In this document: one piece after another, positions 14,875-27,057 of the stretch
Layout: each line of letters starts with the position of its first letter
How positions within the stretch are numbered: position 1 is the stretch's first letter
Assembly (NCBI GenBank): GCA_000934665.2
Contig: JYFJ02002099.1
Coordinates: forward strand, 62,001-126,000
DNA length: 64,000 nt
Source: Catajapyx aquilonaris
Lineage: Eukaryota
Direction: 5' to 3'
Notes under the pieces: generated by a model
What the model saw: only the letters and a program-made list of their open reading frames with translations
Told to the model about the DNA's origin: nothing
Database searches by the model: none
Translations under genes and position numbers: made by a program

Positions 14875-14958
<84 letters not shown>
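14151..14958. repeat. Direct duplication of about 400 bp split by an N (14553), each copy ending in (AAT)27-28
   Basis: 14151-14552 versus 14554-14958, with about 4 substitutions. Likely two alleles joined at a scaffold gap. Confidence 0.9.
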
Positions 14959-14959
<1 letters not shown>

Positions 14960-16267
14960 GATCATTCTGATGGATTTTGAAAATTAGAAGAGTTCCTGGG
15001 AGTTGAATTTTGCACCTTTTTTCGCTAGATGTCAGTTATCCAGACCCTGCTTTAAACCAGGCTTTGTAACAGGCCATTATTGCAATCAAGTTTGTTCGCA
15101 GTATCATGGGGGGTAAGCTCCAGTACGACTCGTACACTGTACTTTCGCTCCCCAAAAAACACGATCTTCATAAACTTGATAAAAGATTAGTTTCCTGGCA
15201 TAAGCCTGGATTAATCTTGTATTAGAACATGAGCCAGTGCTTGTAACTTGAACAGCCACTTGTAACTCCTCCTGTAATTCCCCACCAAGTGCTGTTAGGT
15301 TCTTGAACTAACAACTTCATCTCAGCCCAAAAAAGAGGATAGTTTGAGAAACATAAAGGGGGGCGAACCCTATTTAGGTCCGCACAAAAAAAGGAGCATA
15401 CGATCAGCCATAAAGCCATTACCAAAAATTTAATAAGAGGGAGGGGACAATGCAGTCAAAATGTCCCCGCAACGAATTACTGACATTACACCCAGTGAAA
15501 AATGGTCCCAAATAACGCGGTTTAAATTTATCACCCACCTGTTTTTGAGCCCAAATAACCCAAATTTGGTCGAATCCCTTTCGGGTTTTAAATAACTCAA
15601 TCAACAAGCCTAATTGCGTTATTTAAACCCAACTTAGGCCATTAATATTTAAGTGACAATTTCCACCCGGTCCCGTTTTGACATTACGTATGCTGTAGTG
15701 CTGCCTTCTCGCGGCCAAGAACAAAACCTCCGGTGTGCATGCTCTGCCCTAGTAAGGGTAAAGCGCCCTCAATGGACCAATTACGAGCCTATTTTCGTGC
15801 TAATTGTCAAGTAAAAGCCACACTTAGCAATTGCTGAAATTTTCAGCAAACGGGGAACTTTGAAGATCTTTTGAAGTCTTGCTGACTGAGGCGGCCTGAC
15901 TAACTGGTGACAATTAGCCCCTGTGTTCAGGTCCGTGTAAAGAGAGAGTCACGTAAAAATTCATTAACCTGAGTGTTTCACTGCAACTAGAAACCGGCTG
16001 CTAGACGATAATCAATCAGTTTGGAACCCTTTTTTTGTGCAATTGGATGGAGATAGTGTATGGCTTCCTATTACATATTAATTAGAGGTAAAGCAAGGTT
16101 CATAAAATCAATAGTCAATTTGCTCACCAATCTTCCATCTTAGCCGGAGTCTTCTTGCCCTCTTGATAATTCTATTACAGTGTAATTGCATGGGTAGTCG
16201 ATGTTTAAAAGGAAAGTTGCTCGGATTTCGCCTAGGTTTAGGGATTTAGTCCTGCATTGAATACACC

Positions 16268-16613
16268 TTTAGAATTTTTCTCATTAAAAAGTATTATAGA
16301 CCGGCTCTGTCTGTCTGTCTGTCCGTGAACAGGTATCAGGGCCTAAACCGCAAGTAATAGCAACAAACGGCTTTCGGATTTGGATTGAGCGGACCCTAAA
16401 TAGGTTTCATGGTCAACTTTCGGTGTTCCGGGTTCACTCTATCCACCAAGGTCAAGTATACAGCGTTGATTTTCTTGGGTTGCTTTGCAATGTGAATAAA
16501 TACTGACAACATTCGCATCGTATCGTATCGTATCGAACAAAGTTGTCAGTCTCATTTCCCGCTTCCCAATGAGAAAAAGTCTACTCGAATCACGCATGAT
16601 TTGCCAATCTTGT
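16268..16613 (+). mobile_element. HINE/DINE-1-like non-autonomous Helentron, copy 2
   Basis: Sub-TIRs tagaatttttctcatt (16270-85) and aatgagaaaaagtcta (16568-83) are 15/16 complementary. Also (TCTG)n, shared core ttccgggttcactctatccacc and a 3' stem-loop remnant. Confidence 0.75.
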
Positions 16614-19158
16614 GTCAATTTTTAAAATCTCATCACGACTGACTCCATAATTAACAAAAATTGTCAACATACCAATCAGGATTTGACACGCATCGTCAGC
16701 CTTTCCTTATCCCCACAGGGGGTGCAGCCTTATGCCCCCGCAGAGTGGTGTTGTCAAATCCAGATATGCGAATTATCCCCGCGGATCATTTTATGTTTGA
16801 GCGGATGATGTGAGCGTGAATGATTCATTTCTTCATTAGAGCATAATTGGCCCACAACATGACAAAATCGGAATGACAACTGCATCAGCTTTCATCCTCT
16901 GATTTGTCGATTTGGCCTAGGGTTTTGTAGGTCGATGTAGGCGAATAATCGCGAGGCTCGGGCTTTGGTGTGGTTTCGAGCTAATTAGAACCACTGCGGG
17001 CTTACACATAAAAAAAACTCCCTGTAACGTTATACACTCAATTAGTAAACAAGTCCTCCAGCAGGTATGTTTTAAGGTTCGAGGTCTCAGGGTATTATAA
17101 TACGCTTCGAAAGACTTAAGTTGCGATTGAGAGGCTGGAGCGACATCTTTCATTCCATTTACCGCCTACTCGCACAACATTAAGGCGATTAATATTTCAG
17201 CACTGAAAACGCATTTTCGAACAATCTATCAAAATAATCTGGTCCCAAAAATTCCGATGTTTTCCGGATTATATCCAATCTCTTATCGCCCTGTCGCATT
17301 AATCCGATGTTCCATGATCAAAAAATGAAATCCAAATTTCATTTTGTTCCGCTTATTTTCAATGGATGTCCTTATACTATATATGCGGCGTACTATGATT
17401 CTGTTATTCTCCGAAAAATTTCATCCGGGTATGACAATATTACATTACCACACATGGCTTCACAATATAGGGCGAGAACGATAAAAAATTTGTATACAAT
17501 TTACCTTATATATGTACCTTATACCTTACATATGTACTGCAGCAGTACTGTAAAATTCACACATACTGCGCTAATTGTACTCGTTTTACGATTTACGGTA
17601 ACATGTTATTGTAAACAACGACTGTATACGTAATATATTACTCCCTTCACTGCTACAATTCGGGTAGTGGACCATGCAAATGTTTTTTTGTAGCATTGCG
17701 GCAAATGTCGATACTAAATTTTTTTTTCTCTCTCTGCTCTAGCTGATGGAGCAGGCTTAGGTCCATATATTAGAGGAACGTCTCCCTGTCCGCATTTCCT
17801 GGGTGTTGCATACTGTACGCTCATCTCTCACGGTTACCCTGGAGAGACATATTTCCGTAGCACACCACAGGAATCGCTGGGGAACCGGGTCAGACCCCCA
17901 TCACACGATGGGTATGACCTATAATCTAAGGGAGGTGTTTTTTTTCGGGGAGGTGGGTTACACGCTAGGAAAAACATTTGGGGGGACTATAAAAAACCGG
18001 TATCTGCCGCATGCTCCGATGGATCCTCGCGTAAAAAGAGATACAGTACTGGTGCATTGCTTGCAGGAAATTCATCAGTTGCGTTGGGTAAACATGCACA
18101 TGTATATACACATGTATTTAAAGGAGGGAAGAGGCTACTCACAAAGATGATGCAAGAGTCCACAGGGAGCGTGTGTTTAATAACTGGACATGGGGCGTCA
18201 TTGGGCCAAAAATTTGAGCTCCTTGCTGTTGACAATGCCATCCCAGCGGGTCTACACTCGTTAGTGACGCTTTGCATGGCGCTCACATGTGTCAACAACC
18301 GGCTTACATGGTGCCTACTTAAAAGATGTGCAAACTCTATTCAGATGTGGGTCCTTGCTATTAACACAGATGGCAATTAATGTAGTCGCATATTACCTGG
18401 GATGTTCAGTGATCGAACTTAAGGGTCAAACGGCTGAAACAGCCATTTTTCCCAATCACTGAAAACTGACATTATCTAACTGCATTTAGCGAATAATCAC
18501 GTTGAAATTAACATTACCACCATCAATTAACGAATAACTTCGATGCCTGAAACTTTTCCTTAATCTAAGTCTTCCTCGCACTTACGACGGGTCGAACAAA
18601 TCCTAACGCGTCCTATCAGAGAGTAATCACAATTTTGGCGAATGCGATTAGGAGGGCCTCGTTTGGAAACAAGGTCTCCTGATTTCCAATCCCCCAAAAC
18701 TTTTCTGGCTCGTTCCTTCGTTCTCTCCTCCCACCACTTCTCCCCTCCTCAGTTCGTTCCCTCCCTGCTTTTCTCCAAAGAGTTAGTGAGGAGTTGGTGT
18801 GTCCTCTTGGTTGGTCGGTAAAGCAAGCCTCCACCAAAAGCTCAGATTGAGGTCGCGGCGAAACTAATTGGTCGCCCTGGTGGCTGTGAGCACAACAAGT
18901 GCAAAGACTCCCAACACCCATCGTCTGAACCACATCCCCCCAGTACTCTCCCATCTCAATCTCTTCTTCCGGAAAATGGGTGCAATATTACTGGTAAAGC
19001 GTGGTGCTCTGCGGCGTAGCTCCAGTCAGCACTAAACCAGTCCGTCCTAATTGAATGGAGGCAGCGGCCGCAACAGCCTCAACATCTAAATCCATGTAAA
19101 ACCTCTCCCCCACGCCTCTCTTCAGCGTGTAAAATTGGGCGACCTCTGTTCGTTGCAG

Positions 19159-19277
19159 GAACCCCAACGAGCCGCAAGAGGCAGAGGCGGCGCTCGGCCT
19201 TCGATCGGAGAGGAACCGATTTCGCACCATGGAGTGGCCTCCATACGAGCGACTACACAAGAAGCATCTACTTCTAG
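19159..19277 (+). CDS. Nlg3: Neuroligin (Nlg3-like) penultimate coding exon, C-terminal part of the cholinesterase-like domain
   Basis: Acceptor ctctgttcgttgcAG at 19157-58 and consensus donor AG|GTAAGT at 19278. Translates (G)NPNEPQEAEAALGLRSERNRFRTMEWPPYERLHKKHLLL(D), matching the neuroligin GNPN...W..Y...H..(Y)L.L segment. It ends in phase 1 (G|AC = Asp) and joins 31435 in frame. The paralog call is from memory of insect sequences, not a search. Confidence 0.93.
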
Positions 19278-19299
19278 GTAAGTAACTGCTGAACAAAAG

Positions 19300-19500
19300 A
19301 AATGACCGTTGATCCAACAAATTTCAAAATGGCAGTTGATCCAACGGATTTCAAAATGGCAGTTAATCCAACGGATTTCAAAATGGCAGTTGCTCCAACG
19401 GATTTCAAAGTGGCAGTTGATCCAACGGATTTCAAAATGGCCGTTGATCCAACGGATTTCAAATGGCAGTTGATCCAACGAATTTCAAAATGGCTGATCC
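19300..19500. repeat. 27-bp minisatellite, about 7.5 copies
   Basis: Consensus aaatggcagttgatccaacggatttca, starting about 22 nt after the neuroligin donor site. Confidence 0.95.
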
Positions 19501-20072
19501 TATTGTGTGGTATATGCTGCGAAACTTGACATGTTCTGCCCCTAGGGCGAGCCATTTGAAACCAGGTCCGCCAGGGGGCCCCACTTTCCTCACCAGCTCT
19601 GCACTTGGGCCCTGCCAGTCTGCCTACCCTTCGAGGTTCAACTTTGCAAATTGGGTAGGAGAGCTAGGAAGGGATGCTCCTAGGGGACTCTTCAAGGAGC
19701 CTTGTTACATCAGTTGAAGCGCATGCCACTACGGCTGCCACCCATTCCCCTCTATTTAACAAATTAGTTTCTCAATCCCCCGATGGCCATGTCACTGGGG
19801 AGGGTAGGGGTGGGGAGTGGAGGGGTGGGGTGGGAAAAGCAGCAGCAAGCCTTAATGCTTAAGCCTCTCCAGCTTGTTCACCTCCGCAAAATGGAGTCTG
19901 AGAGCTCCAGGCGTGCTTACCCCCCCTTCCATTCACTGCGAATGTCGAGCCAACATTGGGCCCACATTCAGATTATTAACACTGTGTACATTGCAGACGG
20001 GGCCCCACGATTTTCAGTGCAGGTTGAATGTTGGGGGCATGTAGTTGCTGTGCGAACAAGGGGGCGAAGATA

Positions 20073-20076
<4 letters not shown>

Positions 20077-20114
<38 letters not shown>
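20077..20114. repeat. (GA)19 microsatellite
   Basis: Read directly. Confidence 0.95.
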
Positions 20115-20117
<3 letters not shown>

Positions 20118-22695
20118 TTCTCAGCAGATTGCCAAGATTGCGCTGGTAGCTCAGAAAATTAGCAAATGGGTCATAAAAGCCATATTGCAGGCCAGGCCTG
20201 GAGTTTAGTTCAACCCAGGCAGAGATTTGAGATGGAATTTTGCTAGTAATATGTGCTTGAATGTGAAAAACGACATATTTAGTGATATACACCCGAATAT
20301 ATTTAATTTTTGGTATTTTTACCCCCCTAAATCTGGAAAAGCACATTCACACATGTTGTGTCAGCGTGTCGAGTGTATTGCGTGCGTTGACCCTTGAGTT
20401 TGGGGACTTATATAGGCCTGGACTGGCGACCACAGTAAGCAGGCTTGAAGAGGTCGAGAGTCTGGCCCGATAACAGATCTCCTTTCCCGGTGCGGCGACA
20501 AGTCCCTGAAGGTTAAACCTGCTTATAGGTGCCCATAAGTAAACACAACCAGGCCTGAATCCCCTGGTGGGTCGACCTGATGGATGGCTCGCTTGATGAG
20601 GTTACATTTCCTGGTCCAATGCTAACAACTTGTGCAGATCCGGCTGCAAATTTTCGACAATACAATCTTGAAGATGGTCTTTAAAATATATGAAAGTCTG
20701 ATCTAACGCGACTGAACATTTAGCAGTAATTCAATTTCTGACGTAACGAGAGCCTTTAATTGGTATTTACATTATTGACAGTAAATGCTACTTTTATAAA
20801 ACTGAATGCATCATACCATAGTGTAATAATAACAACTTCAACAGGAAAACATTATGGGCTGAAAACACCCCTGAAGTATCAGGCTATCTCAAACGTTTCC
20901 TCCTCTGTAAGCCTCTCATATTTCACGTCGTACAGGTACTTGTGTAAACTTTCTCGTAGCAGCACAAAGTATCGCCAGCCAAATAGACTCTCTAATTAGG
21001 CGGGATCCTCTTAAGGTATTGTTGAGTATGAAGAACAACGTGACCCATGTCATTACTGCTCTAAAAAATTCCAGGTGCAACCATGAGAAAGCTAGGATTT
21101 ATAATCTAAACTCATATCTTTCAAAGGAGCACTAAGCGCTCTTGAGTCTTTTTGGGTTCTAGAGAAATTTTTAACGAATGAATATCTTTTGAATGTTTCT
21201 CTACGTACTATGTACGTGGCAATTTCACTAGCCTCACAAAAGCAACTGTTTTTCCTCCGGTATACCATTAACAATACTTTGATAATTGTTCACTTTAAGG
21301 TGCAGGTCAATGAACAAAGCGTGGGCACCTGTTCAATAATTCATTCATGACATAAATCTGTAAACTATATTCCAGGCTTTCTCTGACTTGCATGTGAAAC
21401 AACAGTTAAGGTATGCACTGCAGCATTAATACATTGTAATGCAGTAATTCGCATACGCGGATTTAAATCAGGATTATCCATACACTACGAAACGCCAGTT
21501 ACATTATCGTATGTAATGCGACTGTAATAATACAGCAGCAGAGATTTTCTCTTAATTTGAGTTGATCCAACTAGCCATTTGAACAGGGTGCTCTGTTTCA
21601 CTTGCAATACTCTGTAGAGCTATACACTCTGTCAGTAAAGTTAGTCCATTAAATTGTTAATGCTATGGGAACACCACAGGCTAGCGGTACACGTATGGTA
21701 CAGTTTCCTCCCTAATAAGTAAAACAGCAAGTGGCATGCAACTTTGGAATATATTCAGCTTCGGTTGCTTCGAGCCGATCAGTGCTGCTACGTAACTGAG
21801 TACGGAGAATTAATTTATCCTCCTTTATCCACCTAGACGTGAGTCTCATAATCAACCTTAACGATCAATTAAGTCCCTACTTGAAGTTTGCCGCGCTAAA
21901 AGCTCGGAAAGCTCCTCTTCACAATAATGCAAGTCATCCCCTTCATCTTGGTCTAGTGCAATTGAGAGCAGACCTCCAAGTCGCCCATCAAGAGCTCCAA
22001 ACAACCTCCTCGAATTCCACTCCAGGTACACGCCCAGTGCGTAAATTAAGGTTACTCTGAGAATGCGAAGCCCTCCACCATCTTCTCCACTTCCTCTGGC
22101 TTGCCTGCCTATACACGCCAACAAGGCATATCTCAGCCTCAAATGGCCAATCACCATAAACGGATCCTGCGATGTACAGCATAGTCCAATTGAGTTGTCC
22201 AGAGTGAGTCGCACTGTTCTGCTTTCTATTTAAGCAGCTACTATTAGAGGCTATCAAAAATTAACTGCCATGTTAAAAGTTCAAAAAACTGACAGTACAA
22301 GCAGGTCAATAAGTAATTGCCATTATGGGTACTTACTGTTAGTTAGGAAGGGCAATAAATAAATATTGCCACGTTTGACATGGCCGTGTATCGAGAAAAT
22401 GCCACCTTTGTAACGTGACAGCGAATGACAAATGAGGCATTATTATTTAATTAATTATCCCTTCCTGGTTAGCCATGTAGTCATAATGATATGTCAGCAT
22501 CATGCTTTCTCCCGACACCATGTACTGCACTACAATAATGTAAAATAAGCTTCCGCCTGTTGCAATAGTTCCGGCAGACACCACACTCATTGTTTACACT
22601 ATAAGTACTGTATATACATATGGGCTGTACACTCCCATAATGCAAAAAAAAGAGTTTTTTGGACGTCACATGAAGACTATTTCAATAATAATTGA

Positions 22696-23112
22696 AGGGA
22701 CACTCCACTCAAAAAAAAAAACAAAACAAAAAAAAAACAAGTTTGGCTCTAAAAATCGGGCAAAACATCATGAATCCGAAGGTGCTATCCGTTTTTCGCT
22801 ACGCGGAACGGTAATCCCAAGGCGAGGGGTCAAAGTGGGGAAATTCAAATAGTCCGCCAGCGACGCCCTCGGGACCTTGGGAACTGGAGCGCTGCTCCCG
22901 CCTGCCCGCGCGCTTAGGCCCATCCTAGAGCGGCGCAGCCCTCCAGTTCCCCTGTTCCCCGCGTGGTGGCGCCACTCATTAGCAGACGACACACTTTGAC
23001 ACTTCGCCCTGGGATTACCGTTCCGCGTAGCGAAAAACGAATTGCACCGTCGGATTCAGGATTTTTTGCCCGATTTTTAGAGTCAAACGTGATTTTTGAG
23101 TGGAGTGTCCCT
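22696..23112. mobile_element. Kolobok/T2-type MITE with TIRs of about 120 bp
   Basis: TIRs 22696-22837 (with an A-rich expansion) and 22992-23112, termini AGGGACACTCCACTC...GAGTGGAGTGTCCCT. Flanks TTGA and CTAA are each one change from a TTAA TSD. GC-rich core. Confidence 0.85.
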
Positions 23113-26100
23113 CTAAGGCTGTCATATGGTAAATGCATAATCCCAAGCGAATTATGACTATTTTAGAGATAGCGAATGTCATACTTTGTGACATTTCTGA
23201 GTGTTGAGAAAACATCACTGCTTCAAAGGTGCTCACACTCACATTTTAGCTGAAGGTGTAGCCCCCCAAATGTGTTTCGCGAAATGAACTTCAGTCTGGG
23301 TTATTATCCTTCAAAACGTCGTCTCTTCCGCCCAGACATTTCAGGCGACACTAAACTATTCTTTAGTTGCTCTCTTAGTGCCGCATTGGACTTCCTTAGA
23401 GTAGTTCACGCGTAGTGGCAACGGGACAATTGTGCCGGACACAGAATTCCCTAGTGTATAGAGCCCATGCCCTTACAGCTTCTTCGCAACCTCGCCACGC
23501 CAGGTTTTTATGACAAGATGAATCGTTAGTTCAGAACACGCCAACTATCCAATTCAGCCAGGCGCAATGGCATGCCCGGGTTATACAGGATGTTTCTAAA
23601 ATGGGAGAGCGTCCCCAGGGGAACGCCAGATCGAAACGCGGAACGTGTCAGGAAGCTCAGCAGATGCACCTCACAGTACACCTTCTGGGACATGAGGTTC
23701 AAATTAACGTGCAGCACATTCATTCCTACGTTTCAGTGAAGCGTATCCTGACGCTATGCAACCACCACCACTTCAAAGCATCCTTTCTCCTCGAGTTCAC
23801 ATTTTTAGCGGAGTTCTTTTTGAGACAAAAACCGTGACATTTTTTGGATGCTTTTGTATCTTTTAAAAAATTGATCCTGTTCAGGTGTGTGACCCACCTT
23901 TAATTTCCTCCGCACCCTGTAGTGGCGCCGAACACGCTCCATTCCAGCCTCCGCCTCTTGTCAAGTCGATTCGTTGCTCGCGTCAGGTTCCTTCCCTTTC
24001 AGACCCTTTATGTGAGGTTATGCTATCCGTCCTTAGAATTTGCTCCTAACGGGCGTAAATTATTGCGCCCGCTCCTAAACCCAGCGGAATATCTACGTTT
24101 ACGGCTACTTTTGGACGGGGAGTCGGAAGCTTGCGGTTCCCACATCTATGAGCCATTTCCCGCTCCATCTCTTTCTAAAGGGCCCCTGGAGCAGAGAGAA
24201 TTGGGCGCAGGCTAGAAACGGGGGGGCTTCTAAAGGTCCTGGAGTCAGTCCTTCACCTGGCGCTGGACCACAGAACGACAAATCTATTCTTCTGCAGATT
24301 CGTCTTCTTTTCTTTTTTTTACCCCCCCCCNCCCCCCCCCACTCTCTTCTCCGGAGCCTTCCAAGCCTCTCCACAGTCGTTTTTAACCAATCCGTGCCTG
24401 GCATCATTGATGTAGTGGACTGAAAAATTTATGGTCCATTTTGCCCTCTTCTTTCTCCCATCCTCTGAGAGTATTTCATTCAACTGGAACACTCCGGAGT
24501 GATTGCGATAAAGTTTTCATGCGCAGGCTTACTACACCTTTTTGTGATTTGAGCTGGTCAATGTGTTACCGGGGATCTCTGGCAGGTTTAAAAAATGACT
24601 CCAGATTTGAAAACCTGAATGGACTTGTAATGATGACACCGATCGATCTGGAAGGTGTATCTGGAGTGTTAAATGGTCTATTGTCGCGAAATAAAGGACC
24701 TCAGAAACAAGTTACACACAAGCAGGATCTGAGTACTGCAGGCTATAAAATAATACACTGTACAGCCAGTCTAAAATTACAGTAGGGTATTCCATTGAAG
24801 TGACCATATTTGCATATTTCTGTATTTACAACGTAAAAATACGAGCATACCATGCGAAGAGTCAACTGTACAAACGTTATGGAGCTAGAGAACACATAGA
24901 GCATAAAATAGGATTCAGAAAATAACAACGTGGACGTACAGTGTTATAGGCATGATTTCATTATAATGAAAATATTTCAGTTCATCTTTCAAGCCACAGT
25001 TTAGGTCGTTTACAGTCATAATGTATTTTAAAAACAGGGTATATGCAAAGTAACAGTTACACTGCGAGCGGTTCAAAAATAGAAGAACCTGTGTGTTTAA
25101 ATGCCCTGCTAGTGCCTTATATTTTTAATGAGGTCGAGTCAAAGTAATGAGCTTATGGCATTATGTACTGTTTCAGCGGTGTCAGAGGGTGTCAAGTTTG
25201 TGTTCAGTGCATGGTGCAAATTCAAAACGTCAAGAGCGTTTAGGAAGAAAAATGCTCATAAACATGCAGTGGATGGGACGTTGACGGTTCTCGTTTTCCA
25301 TACTTAGTAATACGCGGAATTAAATCATCGATAGGCTCTTATAATCCTAATGTTCAATCATACGTGCTTTAACGCTCGTTGTTAAAGCGCTATCCCATGA
25401 AAATCCTGACGTCATTGAAGCGACGAATTTACATATGTACAGTGCAGTACATGACCATATGCATATCCAGTGATTAACTGCTTATCCAACTGCATGTGTA
25501 CAGCACACACAGTAAAAGCTGGTCTTTTTCATTTTACATCGCCTTTGCCTTTACTACTGTCAAAGGAGCACGTTTAATTTTTATGAGTAGGCCTACGGTG
25601 CAACTGGATTAGTAATTCATGCAGTGGTCATCGTGCTGTTACTTCAGACACGTCGTTGTGGATTCCTCTACGTTATGACAAAACGCGCAAAAGCCGTACA
25701 GGTTTTTTTTTTGCCGATAAATACATCAAAGCGTTTTGTAGCCATTGCAATATTCAACTTTGCATGTCAAAGCCAGATTTTACTTAGGCGTGCATAACGA
25801 CTCGTCTGCGGTATACCCGCTCCGTGTTTACAGGTGGTGCAAACACACTACCTGCATTATCAATAATTTTCGCAAAGTAAAGCAATGTTGCAATCTGCCA
25901 CAATTTTGGTACAAAGTCATGCAGCTTAAAGCTGGGCTCTCACACAGCTTGGATTAAATTCTGTCAGAATTTCTGTATGGCATATTTGCTATCAGGATTT
26001 CCTGTTGATATGGATATTGTCGATATTTCATTTAAAAATATGAGCGAAGAACAAGGACGGCGGTGTGAGCGACATTTTGAACGCCTCAAAAGTTGTGATC

Positions 26101-26991
26101 CGACGCAGATGTCAGCCTCACGTCTCATCGCTTGCCATACCCACGCACGGAAATTGAGCAGGGAAATAACCTGCCCGTCCCGCCAGTATTCCACACAAGA
26201 TGAAAATTGGTACACGTCGAGACCACTTGTGTCAATCTGCAAAGGTAATGCAGCGAAGAATCAATGGCGCCGTGGGAAGGGTCCCGAGCTCAATTTTTTT
26301 TATGCCATGGAATGCGATTTGTAATCCCGTTTTGATGACACGAGTCGACGTCATGCCATCGTTGTTAAAATAGCGGATACTTCATGTGAGGGACTGGCTG
26401 GCTAGGCTATACCTTCCCCATAATTACCATTCACACGGGGAATGGTTTTAGTGACAGGAGGACAATAGTCGGCGATGGAACGAGTACCGTATCTTCCCTC
26501 TTGACAAAATGGGGCGCCGGAGACAAAGGGGGGCCACAGCTGGAATTGGCACCGCAGCCTCGGTGGATAAACATACGCAACCAGGGATGCACAGGTGCAC
26601 CAGGTCCCTAGTGAGAGAGCAACGTCCAACTGATGTGGCGTTACAGGCTAGGGAGCTCCAGTTACTAGGGTTTAGTGTGTGTGTCTTTTTTTGGAAGAGG
26701 ATGGGGGGTAATGTGAAGTCCGGCCCGTCACATTACCCCCCATCCTCATGAAGTTAATTATATATTTTTACAAACAAAAATTTGCATCATTTGTGCACTA
26801 TCATAATGGAAAAAGTAAATAAAATAATTTCTAAACACGACCAGGTAATTTTACCGAACGAGCACTGCACCTTCCAAAAATTTACCTGTGTCCATTTCGG
26901 TCCACGTTTAAAATTATTTTATAGAGGGGTAACCCTAACCCATGTTCGAATACAGCCCTGTAAAAGCTGAAAAAGAGATAGAGAGTATGAG

Positions 26992-26994
<3 letters not shown>

Positions 26995-27054
<60 letters not shown>
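26995..27054. repeat. (AG)30 microsatellite
   Basis: Read directly. Confidence 0.95.

Positions 27055-27057
<3 letters not shown>

Larger units (their letters stand above)
1..19158 (+). other. Probable large upstream intron of the neuroligin (at least 19 kb, phase 2)
   Basis: The expected preceding exon (HGEELPY...YWSNFARTG type) was not found by eye in 1-19158. Confidence 0.65.

Noticed and set aside
14154..14980. Poly-Ile ORFs with a CCAYC motif
   Set aside because: Translation of (AAT)n across an assembly gap.
17720..18150. Strong polypyrimidine tract plus AG followed by an open frame
   Set aside because: The translation does not resemble the expected upstream neuroligin exon, and there is no convincing donor.
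19302..19529. ORF with MAVDPTDFK repeats (and antisense FEIRWINCH repeats), or a CRISPR-like array
   Set aside because: By-product of a 27-bp minisatellite. One unit has a 1-nt deletion, there are no spacers or cas genes, and the context is eukaryotic.
21839..22257. Overlapping ORFs that might be a retroelement remnant
   Set aside because: No RT, RNase H, integrase or endonuclease motifs recognisable.
25964..26324. Possible cassette exon (cag|GATTTC...AAAG|gtaatg) or piggyBac-like relic on the minus strand
   Set aside because: No recognisable homology to neuroligin or a transposase. Splice-like signals occur by chance in long introns.
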